Part shown: one piece after another, positions 16,748-29,064 of the stretch | How the letters are laid out: each line of letters starts with the position of its first letter | Numbering within the stretch: the stretch's first letter is position 1 | Assembly (NCBI RefSeq): GCF_000406145.1 | Contig: NZ_CM001976.1 | Coordinates: 4,057,472 to 4,089,471, forward strand | DNA: 32,000 nt | Reading direction: 5' to 3' | From: Dickeya dadantii NCPPB 898 | GTDB lineage: Bacteria; Pseudomonadota; Gammaproteobacteria; Enterobacterales; Enterobacteriaceae | Notes under the pieces: generated by a model | The model's database searches: none | What the model was told of the DNA's origin: nothing | The model's input: the letters and a program-made list of their open reading frames with translations, nothing else | Position numbers and translations under genes: made by a program

Positions 16748-16787
16748 TTCATCGTATTGTTTCACTGCTTCCTCTGACTAACACCTC

Positions 16788-19160
16788 ATGACTCCTTCAC
16801 CACCGCGTCAGGGATTCGTACTCACCCGCCACTGGCAGGACACGCCCGCTGGGGTTCAGGTCGAATGCTGGCTGGCGACCGATAACGGCCCCTGCCGGGT
16901 CAGGCTATCTCCGCAGCAGGCGGTGGCGTTTGTGCCGATGCGCCATCAGGCGCGGATTACCCAGTTGTTGAGCGGTGAAAGGCACTGGCAACTGCGGCCG
17001 CTGGCACTGAAAAACTTCCACCACGAGCCGCAGCTCGGGCTCTATTGCCTGCAATACCGTCAATTGTTGCGTCTGGAAAAGAAACTGCAGGAAGCGGGGA
17101 TTCCGGTGTACGAAGCGGATATCCGCCCGCCGGAGCGGTTTCTGATGGAACGCTTTATTACCGCCCCAGTCTGGTTCAGCGGCGAGGAAACCGCCGACGG
17201 CCTGATCGATCAGGTCAGGCTGAAGCCGGCGCCCGACTATCGTCCGCCGCTGAAAACCGTGTCGCTGGATATCGAAACCAGCCGTCACGGCGAGCTGTAC
17301 TGCATCGGTCTGGAAGGCTGCGGTCAGCGTCAGGTGTTTATGCTGGGGCCGGAGAACGGTAACGCCGACGATGCCGGCGACCTGACGCTGGAATACGTCG
17401 CCAGTCGCCCGCAACTGCTGGAAAAACTCAATCACTGGCTACAGACCTACGATCCGGATGTGATCATCGGCTGGAATCTGGTGCAGTTCGACCTGCGGGT
17501 ACTGCAACAGCACGCCGAACGCTATCGCATTCCGCTACGGCTCGGGCGCGGCGGTCAGGAAATGGAATGGCGCGAGCACGGCTACCGGCAGGGGCACTTT
17601 TTCGCCGGCGCGCCGGGTCGATTGATCGTCGATGGCATCGAAGCGCTGAAGTCCGCCACCTGGAACTTTGCCTCGTTCAGCCTGGAATTTGTCGCTCAGT
17701 CGCTGCTGGGCGAAGGCAAGGCCAGCGACAATCCCTACCAACGGCTGGAAGAAATCGAACAGCGCTTTCAACAGGATAAGCCGGCGCTGGCGCGCTACAA
17801 CCTGAAAGACTGTGAACTGGTGACGCGCATCTTCGAGAAAACCCATCTGATGCCTTTTCTGCTGGAGCGCGCCAGCGTCACCGGGCTGGCGGCGGACCGC
17901 AGCGGCGGCTCGGTGGCGGCGTTCACCCACCTTTACCTGCCGCGGATGCACCGGGCTGGATTCGTGGCGCCCAATCTCGGCGAGGTGCCGCCGGAAGCCA
18001 GCCCCGGCGGCTACGTGATGGACTCCCGTCCCGGTCTGTATGATTCGGTGCTGGTGCTGGACTACAAAAGCCTGTATCCCTCCATCATCCGCACGTTTTT
18101 GATCGACCCGATCGGCCTGGTGACCGGTTTGCAGCAGCCCGACGAGCAACATGCGGTAGAGGGCTTTCGCGGCGCCTGGTTCTCCCGTCGCCACCATTGT
18201 CTGCCCGCCATCGTGGAAGGCATCTGGCATGAACGCGACCTCGCCAAACAGCACAACAACAAACCGCTGTCGCAGGCGCTGAAAATCATCATGAATGCGT
18301 TTTACGGCGTGCTGGGGTCCAGCGGCTGTCGCTTTTTCGATCCGCGCCTCGCTTCCTCCATCACCCTGCGCGGCCATGAGATCATGCGCCAGACCCGCTC
18401 CCTGATCGAAGCCAGAGGCTATCAGGTGATTTACGGCGATACCGACTCCACCTTCGTCTGGCTTAAGCGCGCCCACAGTGAGGACGACGCGAACATCATC
18501 GGTCATGAACTGGTGGCTTACATCAACGACTGGTGGCAGCAACATCTGCACCAGCAACACGGGCTGGCCAGCGCGCTGGAGATGGAGTACGAAACTCATT
18601 TTCACCGCTTTCTGATGCCCACCATCCGCGGCGCCGAATTGGGCAGCAAAAAACGCTACGCCGGCATGACCATTAACGCGCAGGGCGAACAGATGGTGTT
18701 CAAAGGGCTGGAAACGGTACGTTCCGACTGGACGCCGCTGGCGCAGCAATTCCAGCAACAGCTTTACCAGCGCGTCTTCCACCGCGAACCGTATCAGGAG
18801 TGGGTGCGGGAGTACGTAGAAAAGACGCTGAACGGCGAGCACGACGACCTGCTGGTGTACCGCAAACGCCTGCGCCACAAGCTGAGCGACTATCAGCGCA
18901 ACGTGCCGCCGCAGGTACGCGCCGCCAGAATGGCCGACGATTACAACCGCCAGCATGACCGACCGTTGCAATACCAGAGCGGCGGCTGGATAAGCTACGT
19001 CATCACGGTGAATGGCCCGGAACCGCTGGAAAATCGCCGCTCGCCGCTGGATTACAGTCACTACGTGGAAAAACAGCTGCAACCGGTAGCCGATGCTATT
19101 CTGCCTTTCATTCACGATGATTTTGCTACACTGGTTACCGGACAGATGGGGCTATTTTAG
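16788..19160 (+). CDS. polB: DNA polymerase II (B-family)
   Basis: 790 aa with exonuclease motif SLDIET and polymerase motifs [19 protein letters not shown] and YGDTDS. It is collinear with E. coli PolB (783 aa). Confidence 0.95.
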   Translation: MTPSPPRQGFVLTRHWQDTPAGVQVECWLATDNGPCRVRLSPQQAVAFVPMRHQARITQLLSGERHWQLRPLALKNFHHEPQLGLYCLQYRQLLRLEKKLQEAGIPVYEADIRPPERFLMERFITAPVWFSGEETADGLIDQVRLKPAPDYRPPLKTVSLDIETSRHGELYCIGLEGCGQRQVFMLGPENGNADDAGDLTLEYVASRPQLLEKLNHWLQTYDPDVIIGWNLVQFDLRVLQQHAERYRIPLRLGRGGQEMEWREHGYRQGHFFAGAPGRLIVDGIEALKSATWNFASFSLEFVAQSLLGEGKASDNPYQRLEEIEQRFQQDKPALARYNLKDCELVTRIFEKTHLMPFLLERASVTGLAADRSGGSVAAFTHLYLPRMHRAGFVAPNLGEVPPEASPGGYVMDSRPGLYDSVLVLDYKSLYPSIIRTFLIDPIGLVTGLQQPDEQHAVEGFRGAWFSRRHHCLPAIVEGIWHERDLAKQHNNKPLSQALKIIMNAFYGVLGSSGCRFFDPRLASSITLRGHEIMRQTRSLIEARGYQVIYGDTDSTFVWLKRAHSEDDANIIGHELVAYINDWWQQHLHQQHGLASALEMEYETHFHRFLMPTIRGAELGSKKRYAGMTINAQGEQMVFKGLETVRSDWTPLAQQFQQQLYQRVFHREPYQEWVREYVEKTLNGEHDDLLVYRKRLRHKLSDYQRNVPPQVRAARMADDYNRQHDRPLQYQSGGWISYVITVNGPEPLENRRSPLDYSHYVEKQLQPVADAILPFIHDDFATLVTGQMGLF

Positions 19161-19431
19161 TAATCCGATGGTGCCTGACAGGTGACGAACAGGCTACCAT
19201 CCAGTACCATAGCGCCCTTTCAAAAATATCAGGCGTGGGTCCACGTCTGTCTGTTAGACAACGGTCAATTAAACAACCGGAATACCCGGGGCGCTCCCCC
19301 ACACCCGCATCACAGGCTGTGCCCGACATCACGACTGTCGCGCAGGGCGGGTCAGGTATTGCCGGGCGCAAGGGTCGGCGGCCCTTTGCCCAGACATTCT
19401 CCGACAACGACGAGTATCGAGCTTAGAATTT

Positions 19432-22335
19432 ATGCCTTTTACACTTGGTCAACGCTGGATCAGCGATACAGAAAGCGATTTAGGATTGGGTACGGTGGTG
19501 GCGATAGACGCCCGCATGGTCACTCTGCTGTTTCCGGCCAGTGGCGAAAACCGCCTCTATTCCAGAAATGACGCCCCCATTACCCGTGTCATGTTCAATC
19601 CCGGCGATACCATTACCAGCCACGAAAACTGGCAGTTACAGGTGGAGGATGTTCGTGACGAGGATGGCCTGCGCACCTATATCGGCCAACGGCTGGACAC
19701 CGATGAACCCGCCGAACTGCGGGAAGTGTTCCTCGACAGCAAGCTGACGTTCAATAAACCGCAGGATCGGCTGTTCGCCGGTCAAATCGACCGGATGGAT
19801 CGCTTTGCGCTGCGTTACCGCGCGCACCGTCACCAGCTCGAACAGGCGTTGCAGCCGTGGGGCGGGCTGCGCGGCATGCGCGCCAGCCTGATTCCGCATC
19901 AGTTGCACATCGCCCGCGAAGTGGGCCAACGCCACGCGCCGCGTGTGTTGCTGGCGGACGAAGTGGGCTTGGGCAAAACCATCGAAGCCGGCATGATTAT
20001 CCACCAGCAGTTGCTGGCGGGCCGGGCGGAACGCGTACTGATCGTGGTGCCGGAAACGCTGCAACACCAGTGGCTGGTGGAAATGCTGCGCCGCTTCAAC
20101 CTGCTGTTCTCGCTGTTTGACGATGAGCGCTACGCCGAAGCCCGCCTTGACAGCGACAATCCGTTTGAAACTGAGCAGTTGATCATCTGTTCGCTGGATT
20201 TTGTACGTCGCAACCCGTCCCGTTTCGAACAACTGCTGGACGCCGACTGGGACCTGCTGGTGGTGGACGAAGCGCACCATCTGGTATGGAGCGAAGACGC
20301 GCCCAGCGCCGGATACAAGGCGGTTGAGCGTCTGGCGCGCGCCATCCCCGCGGTGCTGCTGCTGACCGCGACGCCGGAACAATTGGGTCAGGAGAGCCAT
20401 TTTGCCCGTCTGCGGCTGCTCGATCCGAACCGCTTCCATGACTACCACGAGTTTATCGCCGAACAGCAGCAATACCGCCCGGTGGCCGACGCGGTCACGC
20501 TGCTGCTGAGCGGCAACCGTATCAGCGATGGCGAACGCAACGCGCTCGGCGAGATGCTGGGCGAACAGGATATCGAGCCGCTGCTGAAATCCATCGCCAG
20601 CGACAGCGAAGACAGCGTCGCGGCGCGTCAGGAACTGATCACCATGCTGATGGACCGCCACGGCACCAGCCGCGTGCTGTTCCGCAACACCCGTCAGGGG
20701 GTGAAAGGCTTCCCGAAACGCGAACTGCATCAGATCAAGCTGCCGCTGCCGACACAGTACCAGACGGCTATCCGCGTATCCGGCATCATGAATGCCCGTA
20801 AATCCGCCGAAGACTGCGCACGCGACATGCTCTATCCGGAGCAGATCTATCAGCAGTTTGAAGACGACAACGCCACCTGGTGGAGCTTCGATCCGCGCGT
20901 CGAATGGATGTTGGATTTTCTGACCAGCCACCGCGACGAGAAAGTGTTGGTGATCTGCGCCAAGGCCGCCACCGCGCTGCAACTGGAGCAGGTGCTGCGC
21001 ACCCGCGAAGCCATCCGCGCCGCGGTGTTCCACGAGGGGTTGTCGATTCTGGAACGCGACCGCGCCGCCGCTTACTTCGCTTCCGAAGAGGAAGGCGCAC
21101 AGGTGCTGATCTGTTCCGAGATCGGTTCCGAAGGCCGTAACTTCCAGTTCGCCAGCCACCTGATCATGTTTGATCTACCGTTTAACCCGGATCTGCTGGA
21201 ACAGCGCATCGGCCGTTTGGACCGTATCGGCCAGAGCCGCGATATCCAGATTCTGGTGCCGTATCTGGAAAATACCGCCCAGGCGCTGCTGGTCCGCTGG
21301 TACCACGAAGGGCTGGATGCGTTCGAGCACACCTGCCCGACCGGCCGCTCGATTTATGACAGCCACTACGAGCAACTGATTAACCTGCTCGCCAAACCGT
21401 CCGAACAGACGGGGCTGGACGAGTTCATCCACACCTGCCGCCAGCAGCATGACGCGCTGAAAGTCCAACTGGAACAGGGCCGTGACCGCCTGCTGGAGAT
21501 GCATTCCAACGGCGGCGAACAGGCGCTGGCGCTGGCCGAAGCGATCGCCGAACAGGATAACGACGTCAATCTGGTGAATTTCGCCCTCAACCTGTTCGAC
21601 ATCATCGGTATTCATCAGGACGACCGCAGCGATAACCTGATCGTGCTGACGCCGTCCGACCATATGCTGGTGCCGGATTTCCCCGGCCTGCCGCAGGACG
21701 GCTGCACCATCACCTTCGATCGCGATCAGGCGCTATCCCGCGAAGACGCGCAGTTCGTCAGTTGGGAACACCCGCTGATCCGCAACGGGCTGGATCTGAT
21801 CCTGTCCGGCGACACCGGCAGCTGCGCCGTGTCGCTGCTGAAAAACAAGGCGCTGCCGGTCGGCACCCTGCTGACGGAACTGGTGTACGTGGTGGAAGCG
21901 CAGGCGCCGAAGAAACTGCAACTGACCCGCTTCCTGCCGCCGACGCCGATTCGCGTCCTGCTGGACCGCAAAGGCGCCAATCTGGCGGCGCAGGTGGAGT
22001 TCGAGAGCTTCAACCGTCAGTTGAGCGCGGTCAATCGCCATACCTCCAGCAAGCTGGTGAACGCGGTGCAGGACGATGTGCATGACATGCTGCAAAAAGC
22101 TCAGCCGCTGGTAGAAGCGCAGGCGCAGGCGCTAATCGCCGACGCGCAGCGCAGCGCCGAAACGCAGTTGCGCCGCGAACAGGAGCGGCTGGAAGCGCTC
22201 AAGGCGGTCAACCCGAACATCCGTGACGACGAACTGGAGGCGCTGGAAGAACAGCGCGAGCAGGTACTGCTCAACCTGCAGCAGGCCAACTGGCGTCTCG
22301 ATGCCATCCGTCTGGTGATGGTGGCGCACCAGTAA
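19432..22335 (+). CDS. rapA: RNA polymerase-associated SWI2/SNF2 ATPase RapA (HepA)
   Basis: 967 aa. The N-terminus [24 protein letters not shown] is essentially identical to E. coli RapA. Helicase motifs [15 protein letters not shown] and [10 protein letters not shown] are present. Confidence 0.96.
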   Translation: MPFTLGQRWISDTESDLGLGTVVAIDARMVTLLFPASGENRLYSRNDAPITRVMFNPGDTITSHENWQLQVEDVRDEDGLRTYIGQRLDTDEPAELREVFLDSKLTFNKPQDRLFAGQIDRMDRFALRYRAHRHQLEQALQPWGGLRGMRASLIPHQLHIAREVGQRHAPRVLLADEVGLGKTIEAGMIIHQQLLAGRAERVLIVVPETLQHQWLVEMLRRFNLLFSLFDDERYAEARLDSDNPFETEQLIICSLDFVRRNPSRFEQLLDADWDLLVVDEAHHLVWSEDAPSAGYKAVERLARAIPAVLLLTATPEQLGQESHFARLRLLDPNRFHDYHEFIAEQQQYRPVADAVTLLLSGNRISDGERNALGEMLGEQDIEPLLKSIASDSEDSVAARQELITMLMDRHGTSRVLFRNTRQGVKGFPKRELHQIKLPLPTQYQTAIRVSGIMNARKSAEDCARDMLYPEQIYQQFEDDNATWWSFDPRVEWMLDFLTSHRDEKVLVICAKAATALQLEQVLRTREAIRAAVFHEGLSILERDRAAAYFASEEEGAQVLICSEIGSEGRNFQFASHLIMFDLPFNPDLLEQRIGRLDRIGQSRDIQILVPYLENTAQALLVRWYHEGLDAFEHTCPTGRSIYDSHYEQLINLLAKPSEQTGLDEFIHTCRQQHDALKVQLEQGRDRLLEMHSNGGEQALALAEAIAEQDNDVNLVNFALNLFDIIGIHQDDRSDNLIVLTPSDHMLVPDFPGLPQDGCTITFDRDQALSREDAQFVSWEHPLIRNGLDLILSGDTGSCAVSLLKNKALPVGTLLTELVYVVEAQAPKKLQLTRFLPPTPIRVLLDRKGANLAAQVEFESFNRQLSAVNRHTSSKLVNAVQDDVHDMLQKAQPLVEAQAQALIADAQRSAETQLRREQERLEALKAVNPNIRDDELEALEEQREQVLLNLQQANWRLDAIRLVMVAHQ

Positions 22336-22399
22336 GCCCCATCGGTTGTCTATATACTTCGCGGCAAGGCCTGCCCTTGCCGCGATGCCGGAGCCATTC

Positions 22400-23053
22400 A
22401 TGGAACCCTACAACCCACCCCGCGATCCCTGGCTGCACATCCTGTATCAGGATCAGCACATCATGGTGGTGAACAAACCCAGCGGACTGCTCTCCGTTCC
22501 CGGCCGCGCCGAGGAACACAAGGACAGCATTATGACCCGCATTCAGGCCGACTTTCCCGCCGCCGAATCCGTCCATCGTCTGGACATGGCGACCAGCGGC
22601 GTGATGGTGGTGGCGCTGACCAAAGCGGCGGAACGGGAACTGAAACGCCAGTTCCGCGAACGGGAGCCGAAGAAATCCTACATCGCCCGCGTCTGGGGCC
22701 ATCTGGAACAGGATGACGGGCTGGTGGACCTGCCGCTGATTTGCGACTGGCCGAACCGCCCAAAACAAAAAGTCTGTTTTGAACAGGGCAAGCCCGCCCA
22801 AACCGGCTATGTCGTGTTATCACGGGACAGCGACGGCACCACCCGCGTGAAGCTGATGCCGATCACCGGCCGCTCGCACCAGTTGCGCGTCCACATGCTG
22901 GCGCTGGGCCACCCGATTCTCGGCGACGGGTTCTACGCCCACCCGCAGGCGAAAGCCATGGCGCCCCGCTTGCTGCTGCACGCGCAGGAACTGGCGATCG
23001 CCCATCCGGCGTTTAACACGCCGATGCATTTTCGCTGCGAAGCGGATTTCTGA
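22400..23053 (+). CDS. rluA: 23S rRNA/tRNA pseudouridine synthase RluA
   Basis: The ORF track starts at 22346. ATG 22400 is preceded by GGAG and gives 217 aa (E. coli RluA is 219 aa). MEPYNPPRDPWLHILYQDQHIMVVNKPSGLLSVPGR and the HRLDMATSG catalytic motif are present. Confidence 0.92.
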   Translation: MEPYNPPRDPWLHILYQDQHIMVVNKPSGLLSVPGRAEEHKDSIMTRIQADFPAAESVHRLDMATSGVMVVALTKAAERELKRQFREREPKKSYIARVWGHLEQDDGLVDLPLICDWPNRPKQKVCFEQGKPAQTGYVVLSRDSDGTTRVKLMPITGRSHQLRVHMLALGHPILGDGFYAHPQAKAMAPRLLLHAQELAIAHPAFNTPMHFRCEADF

Positions 23054-23116
23054 TACGCACGTTGGGCAGGAAACAAGGGTTAACGACAGCCGGACAGACT
23101 ATCAAAGGAAGAGAAA

Positions 23117-24097
23117 TCAGCGGGAAAACTTGTTGATTTTGAGAAACTCATAGGCGGCCTGAATATCCTGCGCTTTGCGCTTGGCCATTTCAATCATGCG
23201 CGGCGACAGGCCCTTACCCATCATCTTATCGGGGTGGTGTTCGCTCATCAGTTTACGATAAGCTCGTTTCACCGTGGCGGCGTCATCGCTGCTGCGCACT
23301 CCCAGCGTGCGGCAGGCGCTTTCAACCGTCGGCCCATACGACGACACCGGCGGCCGCTGACCGTAAGACTGCCCGCCATACGACTGATTGCGCCGCTGGT
23401 AAGATTTGTTGCCCTGACGCGATGACTGATGGCTGTTCTGCCGTGACTGATAGTTGTTGTTCTGGCGAGACTGATGGTTGTTGTTCTGACGAGACTGATA
23501 GTTATTGCCCTGCCGCGACTGGTAACCGCTGCCGTTGCTCTGCTTTGATGACTGGTGGTTGCCGCGTTCCATATTACGCATGAACAACTCGAACTGTTCG
23601 CGGGTCACGCCCAGCTCATCGGCGAACAGGTACAGCAACCGGCGCTCGCTAGGGTGCAGTGCGCCGTCGACAAACGCCACCTGCAGTTGAATCTCCAGAA
23701 ACATCCGGATCAAATCAAAGCGGCCGATACAGGCGTCGCGCAATTTGCGCAGTTTGCTGCGTACCGGAAACTGGCTGGCTTTGCCTTCCCGGAACGCCTG
23801 TTGCGCGGCATTGCGCGCCTCGCCACGCAGTTCCAGCCGGTCCATCATGGTGGTGGCGATACGGATATCGGATTCCGTCACCCGGCCTTTCGACTTAGCC
23901 AGGTGCCCCATCGCCTGAAAGGTTGTCAGACAAAACAGCGCCTGGCGGGTAGCTTGCGCGGTAAAAAAGTCGCGCCGACGGGATGCACGGGCTCTGTCAA
24001 GCAAATGACCCAACAACAGTCCGATTATCAATCCGCCGATACCGGCGCTGGACGCAATCCCCAGCGCTAGCCCCAGCAACTTTCCCCAATACCGCAT
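23117..24097 (-). CDS. djlA: Membrane-anchored DnaJ-like co-chaperone DjlA with expanded Q/N-rich linker
   Basis: 326 aa with an N-terminal TM segment, a central TerB-like region and a C-terminal J domain with HPD (SEHHPDK). It is about 55 aa longer than E. coli DjlA (271 aa) because of a YQSRQNNN-type repeat tract. Confidence 0.9.
   Translation of the reverse strand: MRYWGKLLGLALGIASSAGIGGLIIGLLLGHLLDRARASRRRDFFTAQATRQALFCLTTFQAMGHLAKSKGRVTESDIRIATTMMDRLELRGEARNAAQQAFREGKASQFPVRSKLRKLRDACIGRFDLIRMFLEIQLQVAFVDGALHPSERRLLYLFADELGVTREQFELFMRNMERGNHQSSKQSNGSGYQSRQGNNYQSRQNNNHQSRQNNNYQSRQNSHQSSRQGNKSYQRRNQSYGGQSYGQRPPVSSYGPTVESACRTLGVRSSDDAATVKRAYRKLMSEHHPDKMMGKGLSPRMIEMAKRKAQDIQAAYEFLKINKFSR
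23426..23518 (-). repeat. In-frame 24-bp tandem repeats inside djlA (encode YQSRQ(G/N)NN units)
   Basis: The units are CTGATGGCTGTTCTGCCGTGA (21 nt), CTGATAGTTGTTGTTCTGGCGAGA, CTGATGGTTGTTGTTCTGACGAGA and CTGATAGTTATTGCCCTGCCGCGA, arranged head to tail. Degenerate related units flank them (about 23396..23553). Confidence 0.85.
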
Positions 24098-24283
24098 ATA
24101 CTCCTCAAATCCCCATGCCGTCGGCCAAAAATTGCTTTATCATACCTGTCATTTATCTTTGCTCCTAACGGCAACGCATAGAAAATGGCGGGGATTTTGC
24201 ACTGGCGCCACGCCGGTGGCTGATATAGTCTCTGACCGTTTGCCGGCATGACGCCCTTGATGACGGAACACCAGATACCGCGT

Positions 24284-26659
24284 ATGAAAAAAAGTTTTCC
24301 AACCCTGCTGGCCTCATTAATTTGGTCGGCGCTGTACAGCCAGCAGGCGCTGGCCGATCTCGCCTCTCAGTGTATGTCGGGCGTTCCCGTATATAATCGC
24401 CCGCTGGTCACCGGCGACACCAGCCAGTTGCCGGTGCATATCAAAGCCGATCAGTCGCAGGCTAATTACCCGGATAGCGCTGTTTTTACGGGTAACGTCA
24501 ACGTCGAGCAGGGTAATCGCGTGCTCACCGCAGATCAGGTACAGCTGCACCAGAAGCCGCAGCCCGGTCAGGCCGACCCTATCCGCACCGTTACCGCGAT
24601 CGGCAACGCGCATTACGATGACAACCAGGTCATCCTGAAAGGCCCGCGAGCCTGGTCCAACCTCAACACCAAAGATACCGACGTGGAAAACGGCGACTAT
24701 CTGATGGTGGGCCGTCAGGGGCGCGGCGATGCCGACAAGATGAAACAGCGTGAAAACAACCGTTACACCATTCTGGATAACGGCTCGTTTACCTCCTGTT
24801 TGCCCGGTGATGATAGCTGGAGTGTCGTCGGTTCGGAAGTGATCCAGGACCGGCAGGAAGAAGTGGCTGAAATCTGGAACGCCCGCTTCCACATCGCCGG
24901 CGTTCCCGTGTTCTACAGCCCTTACATGCAGTTGCCTATTGGCGATAAGCGCCGTTCCGGTTTTCTGATCCCCAATGCCAAATACGGTAATCGCAATGGC
25001 TTTGAACTGATCACCCCTTACTACTGGAACATCGCCCCCAACTACGACGCCACCATCACGCCGCATGTGCAGACCAACCGCGGCATCCAGTGGCAGAACG
25101 AGTTCCGTAATCTGTCCCGTTTTGGTTTCAGCGTGTTCGAATTCGACTGGCTGCAGAACGACAGACAGTATAAAAGCGATGTCCTCTCCGGCAAATCCGG
25201 CTATGCCGCCGACGATAACTACACCCGTTGGCTGTTCCACTGGATGCACAGCGGCGTTGTCGATCAGGTCTGGCGTATCAACGTCGATTACACCAAGGTC
25301 AGCGATCAGAACTATTTCACCGACCTGGATTCGGTTTACGGCAACACCACCGACGGCTACGCCACCCAGAAGTTCAGCCTGGGTTACGCCACCCGCAACT
25401 GGGACGCCACGCTGTCGACGCGCCAGTATCAGATCTTCAGCAACCTGGCTAATCGGGACGTCTACCGGGCGATGCCGCAGTTGGATATCAACTTCGCCAA
25501 GAATGATATCGGCCCCTTTGACTTATACCTGTACGGTCAGGCGGCGAAGTTTACTAACGTCAACCCCACTTATCCGGATGCAACCCGGCTCCATATCGAG
25601 CCGACGCTGTCGCTGCCGATTTCCAACGGCTGGGCCAGTCTGAGCACCGAAGCCAAGTTGATGGCCACCCACTATCAGCAAGAGAATCTGGATACATATT
25701 TGGCTAATCACGCCGACAATGCGGATGCTACGTTGTTGAAAGGCACTGTGAATCGCGTGATGCCGCAGTTCAAAACCGACGGCAAGATGGTGTTTGAACG
25801 CGACATGGATTGGGCCAAAGGCTACACCCAGACGCTGGAGCCGCGGGTGCAATACCTGTACGTGCCGTACCGGGATCAGTCATCCATTCGCACCTATGAC
25901 TCCACGTTGCTGCAGGCGGATTACGCCGGTCTGTTCCGCGATCGCACCTTCAGTGGTCTGGATCGCATCGCGTCCGCCAATCAGGTATCGACCGGCATGA
26001 CCACCCGTTTGTACGACGGCTCGCTGGAAGAACGCTTCAACGCGTCGCTGGGGCAGATTTATTACTTTGAACGTCCACGCACCGGCACCGCATCCACCAT
26101 TGACCAGAACGATGATCGTGGCAGCCTGAGCTGGGCGGGAGACTCGTACTGGAAGTTCGCCGACAACTGGGGTATCCGGGGCGGCGCACAGTATGATCAA
26201 CGCCTGAAGGACTTCACGCTCGGCGATGCCGTGCTGGAATACCGTGGCGGCGGCGAACGTATGTTCCAGTTGAACTACCGTTTCGCCAGTTCAAAATATA
26301 TTCAGGCTATGTTGCCGACCGTGACAAACCCAGGCTTCCAGCAGGGCATTTCCCAGGTTGGCGCCACCGCCAGCTGGCCGCTGACGGATCGCTGGGCTAT
26401 CGTGGGCGCTTACTACTACGATACCAAAGCCAACCAACCGGCCGACCAGTTGCTGGGTCTGCAATACAATACCTGCTGCTGGGCGGTTAACGTCGGCTAT
26501 GAGCGCAAAATCACCAAGTGGAACAGCACCACCAATCAAAGCGTTTACGACAACAAGATCGGCTTTAGCTTTGAACTGCGCGGCCTGAGCAGCAATTATG
26601 GTCTGGGTACGGACAAAATGCTGAAAACCGGTATTTTGCCTTACCAGCGCGCGTTCTGA
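24284..26659 (+). CDS. lptD: LPS assembly outer membrane protein LptD (Imp)
   Basis: The ORF track starts at 24248. ATG 24284 gives [24 protein letters not shown]|D (signal peptide) and 791 aa (E. coli LptD is 784 aa). The gene lies upstream of surA as in E. coli. Confidence 0.94.
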   Translation: MKKSFPTLLASLIWSALYSQQALADLASQCMSGVPVYNRPLVTGDTSQLPVHIKADQSQANYPDSAVFTGNVNVEQGNRVLTADQVQLHQKPQPGQADPIRTVTAIGNAHYDDNQVILKGPRAWSNLNTKDTDVENGDYLMVGRQGRGDADKMKQRENNRYTILDNGSFTSCLPGDDSWSVVGSEVIQDRQEEVAEIWNARFHIAGVPVFYSPYMQLPIGDKRRSGFLIPNAKYGNRNGFELITPYYWNIAPNYDATITPHVQTNRGIQWQNEFRNLSRFGFSVFEFDWLQNDRQYKSDVLSGKSGYAADDNYTRWLFHWMHSGVVDQVWRINVDYTKVSDQNYFTDLDSVYGNTTDGYATQKFSLGYATRNWDATLSTRQYQIFSNLANRDVYRAMPQLDINFAKNDIGPFDLYLYGQAAKFTNVNPTYPDATRLHIEPTLSLPISNGWASLSTEAKLMATHYQQENLDTYLANHADNADATLLKGTVNRVMPQFKTDGKMVFERDMDWAKGYTQTLEPRVQYLYVPYRDQSSIRTYDSTLLQADYAGLFRDRTFSGLDRIASANQVSTGMTTRLYDGSLEERFNASLGQIYYFERPRTGTASTIDQNDDRGSLSWAGDSYWKFADNWGIRGGAQYDQRLKDFTLGDAVLEYRGGGERMFQLNYRFASSKYIQAMLPTVTNPGFQQGISQVGATASWPLTDRWAIVGAYYYDTKANQPADQLLGLQYNTCCWAVNVGYERKITKWNSTTNQSVYDNKIGFSFELRGLSSNYGLGTDKMLKTGILPYQRAF

Positions 26660-26770
26660 TGGTGCGTTATGAATAATGTAACGCCGGGAACTCTGGCGGC
26701 AATAAACGTCTAATGACCGGTAGCGATTAAACATTTAACCCGCCCTGGCGGAAAAATTAACGGGAAAGGT

Positions 26771-28063
26771 ATGAAGAACTGGAGAGCGCTTGTTCTGGGG
26801 CTGGCACTGAGTGCCAACATGGCGTTTGCGGCGCCGCAGGAGGTCAACAAGATCGCCGCGGTCGTCGACAACAGTGTGGTTCTGGAAAGCGATATCAATA
26901 GCCTGTTGCAGTCCGTCAAGTTGAACGCGCAAGAAGCCGGTCAACAGTTGCCGGACGACGCTACGCTCCGTCACCAGATTCTGGAGCGCTTGATCATGGA
27001 TAACATCATCCTGCAGATGGCGCAGAAGATGGGCGTTCAGGTCACCGACGAGCAATTGGATCGTTCTATCGCCAACATCGCCGCGCAGAACCGCATGAGC
27101 GTGGACCAGTTGCGCAGCCGTCTGGCAGCCGAAGGCGTCAGCTTTGATACCTACCGCAGCCAGATTCGCAAAGACATGATCATTGCCGAAGTGCGTAACA
27201 GCGAAGTGCGCCGTCGTGTCACCGTGCTGCCGCAGGAAGTGGATTCGCTGGCCCAGCAGATTGCCAGCCAGGGAGCGAGCGGCCCCGAGGTCAACCTGAG
27301 CCAGATTCTGATCCCGCTGCCGGAAAACCCGACGCAGGATCAGGTCGACAAGGCGGAAAGCCTGGCTAATCGTCTGGTGAAAGAAGCCTCGCAGGGCGCC
27401 GACTTCGGTAAACTGGCTATCACCTACTCCGCCGATCCGCAGGCGCTGAAAGGCGGACAAATGGGCTGGGGCCGTCCGCAGGAATTGCCGTCGCTGTTCG
27501 CCGAACGTCTGACCAATCCGCAGAAAGGCCAGGTTATCGGGCCGATCCGCTCCGGCGTTGGTTTCCATATTCTGCGCGTCAACGACACCCGCGGCGGCGA
27601 TCAGTCCGTATCGGTGACCGAAGTACACGCCCGCCACATTCTGCTGCGCACCTCGGTGGTCATGAACGATGCACAGGCCAGAGCCAGACTGGAAGATATC
27701 GCCAGCCAGATCAAAAGCGGCAAGTTAAGCTTCGCCAACGCCGCCAAACAGCTGTCGCAGGATCCGGGCACCGCCAATCAGGGCGGCGATCTGGGTTGGT
27801 CATCGCCGGACATGTATGACCCGTCATTCCGCGACGCGTTGACCCAATTGAAGAAAGGCGAAATCAGCGCGCCGGTGCATTCCTCCTTCGGCTGGCACCT
27901 GATTCAGTTGCTGGATACCCGTCAGGTGGACAAGACCGACGCCGCCCAGAAAGATCGCGCCTATCGCATGCTGTTTAACCGTAAATTCGCCGAGGAAGCG
28001 CAAACCTGGATGCAGGAAAAACGCGCCGCGGCTTACGTGAAAATCCTGAACGGGCAGAACTGA
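26771..28063 (+). CDS. surA: Periplasmic chaperone / peptidyl-prolyl isomerase SurA
   Basis: 430 aa. [25 protein letters not shown] and two parvulin domains (GVGFHIL, SFGWHLI) are present. It is highly collinear with E. coli SurA. Confidence 0.96.
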   Translation: MKNWRALVLGLALSANMAFAAPQEVNKIAAVVDNSVVLESDINSLLQSVKLNAQEAGQQLPDDATLRHQILERLIMDNIILQMAQKMGVQVTDEQLDRSIANIAAQNRMSVDQLRSRLAAEGVSFDTYRSQIRKDMIIAEVRNSEVRRRVTVLPQEVDSLAQQIASQGASGPEVNLSQILIPLPENPTQDQVDKAESLANRLVKEASQGADFGKLAITYSADPQALKGGQMGWGRPQELPSLFAERLTNPQKGQVIGPIRSGVGFHILRVNDTRGGDQSVSVTEVHARHILLRTSVVMNDAQARARLEDIASQIKSGKLSFANAAKQLSQDPGTANQGGDLGWSSPDMYDPSFRDALTQLKKGEISAPVHSSFGWHLIQLLDTRQVDKTDAAQKDRAYRMLFNRKFAEEAQTWMQEKRAAAYVKILNGQN

Positions 28064-29064
28064 TGCCGACTGAAACGCAGGTGCAGCGAGTGGTGATCAC
28101 ACCCGGCGAACCCGCCGGGATTGGTCCTGATCTGGTTGTAGCGCTGGCGCAGCAAAACTGGCCGGTGGAACTGGTGGTGTGCGCTGACGCCGAGCTGCTG
28201 TTGAGCCGCGCGCTGGCGCTGAAACTGCCGCTGACATTGCGTGAGTACCAGCCGCACCAGCGGGCGCAGGCGCAAACCGCCGGCACACTGACGCTGCTGC
28301 CGGTCGTCGCCGACGCCACCGTGGTGCCGGGGCAACTGAACGTGGCGAACAGCCGCTATGTGCTGGATACGCTGACCCGCGCCTGCGACGGCTGCCTGAA
28401 TGGCGACTTCGCCGCGCTGATCACCGGGCCGGTGCACAAGGGCATCATCAACGAGTCCGGTATTCCGTTTTCCGGTCACACTGAATTTTTCGCTGAGCGC
28501 AGTCACTGCGCGCGCGTGGTGATGATGCTGGCGACCGAGGAGCTGCGCGTCGCGCTGGCGACCACCCATCTGCCGCTAAAAGCCGTCTCGGACGCTATTA
28601 CCCGCGACAGCCTGCACGAAGTCATCACCATTCTGCATCGGGACTTGCAGCGCAAGTTCGGCCTCGCCCAACCGGTCATCTACGTCTGCGGCCTGAATCC
28701 GCACGCCGGCGAAGGCGGCCACATGGGGCGTGAAGAACTGGATGTGATTATTCCGGCGCTGGATGAACTACGTCAGTCCGGTATCCAGTTGGTCGGCCCG
28801 CTGCCGGCCGATACCCTGTTCCAACCCAAGTATCTCGAACACGCCGATGCCGTACTGGCGATGTATCACGATCAGGGCCTGCCGGTACTGAAATATCAGG
28901 GCTTCGGCCGGGCCGTCAACATCACGCTGGGGCTGCCGTTTATCCGCACGTCCGTCGACCATGGTACCGCGCTGGAACTTGCCGGCAGCGGTCAGGCCGA
29001 TCCGGGTAGCTTCCGCACCGCATTGAATCTCGCTCTACATATGATTGCTAACCGTAATGAATAA
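28063..29064 (+). CDS. pdxA: 4-hydroxythreonine-4-phosphate dehydrogenase PdxA
   Basis: 333 aa. The ATG overlaps the surA stop (TGATG). Motifs [15 protein letters not shown] and [11 protein letters not shown] are present. Confidence 0.94.
   Translation: MPTETQVQRVVITPGEPAGIGPDLVVALAQQNWPVELVVCADAELLLSRALALKLPLTLREYQPHQRAQAQTAGTLTLLPVVADATVVPGQLNVANSRYVLDTLTRACDGCLNGDFAALITGPVHKGIINESGIPFSGHTEFFAERSHCARVVMMLATEELRVALATTHLPLKAVSDAITRDSLHEVITILHRDLQRKFGLAQPVIYVCGLNPHAGEGGHMGREELDVIIPALDELRQSGIQLVGPLPADTLFQPKYLEHADAVLAMYHDQGLPVLKYQGFGRAVNITLGLPFIRTSVDHGTALELAGSGQADPGSFRTALNLALHMIANRNE

Noticed and set aside
17535-19115. 526-aa ORF antisense to polB (also 16905..17435)
   Set aside because: This is the same shadow-ORF phenomenon. 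The sense strand carries all the B-family polymerase motifs.
19636-21159. 507-aa ORF antisense to rapA, plus several 60-160-aa ORFs within rapA
   Set aside because: These are shadow ORFs in a GC-rich gene. RapA on the plus strand is collinear with the E. coli protein along its whole length.
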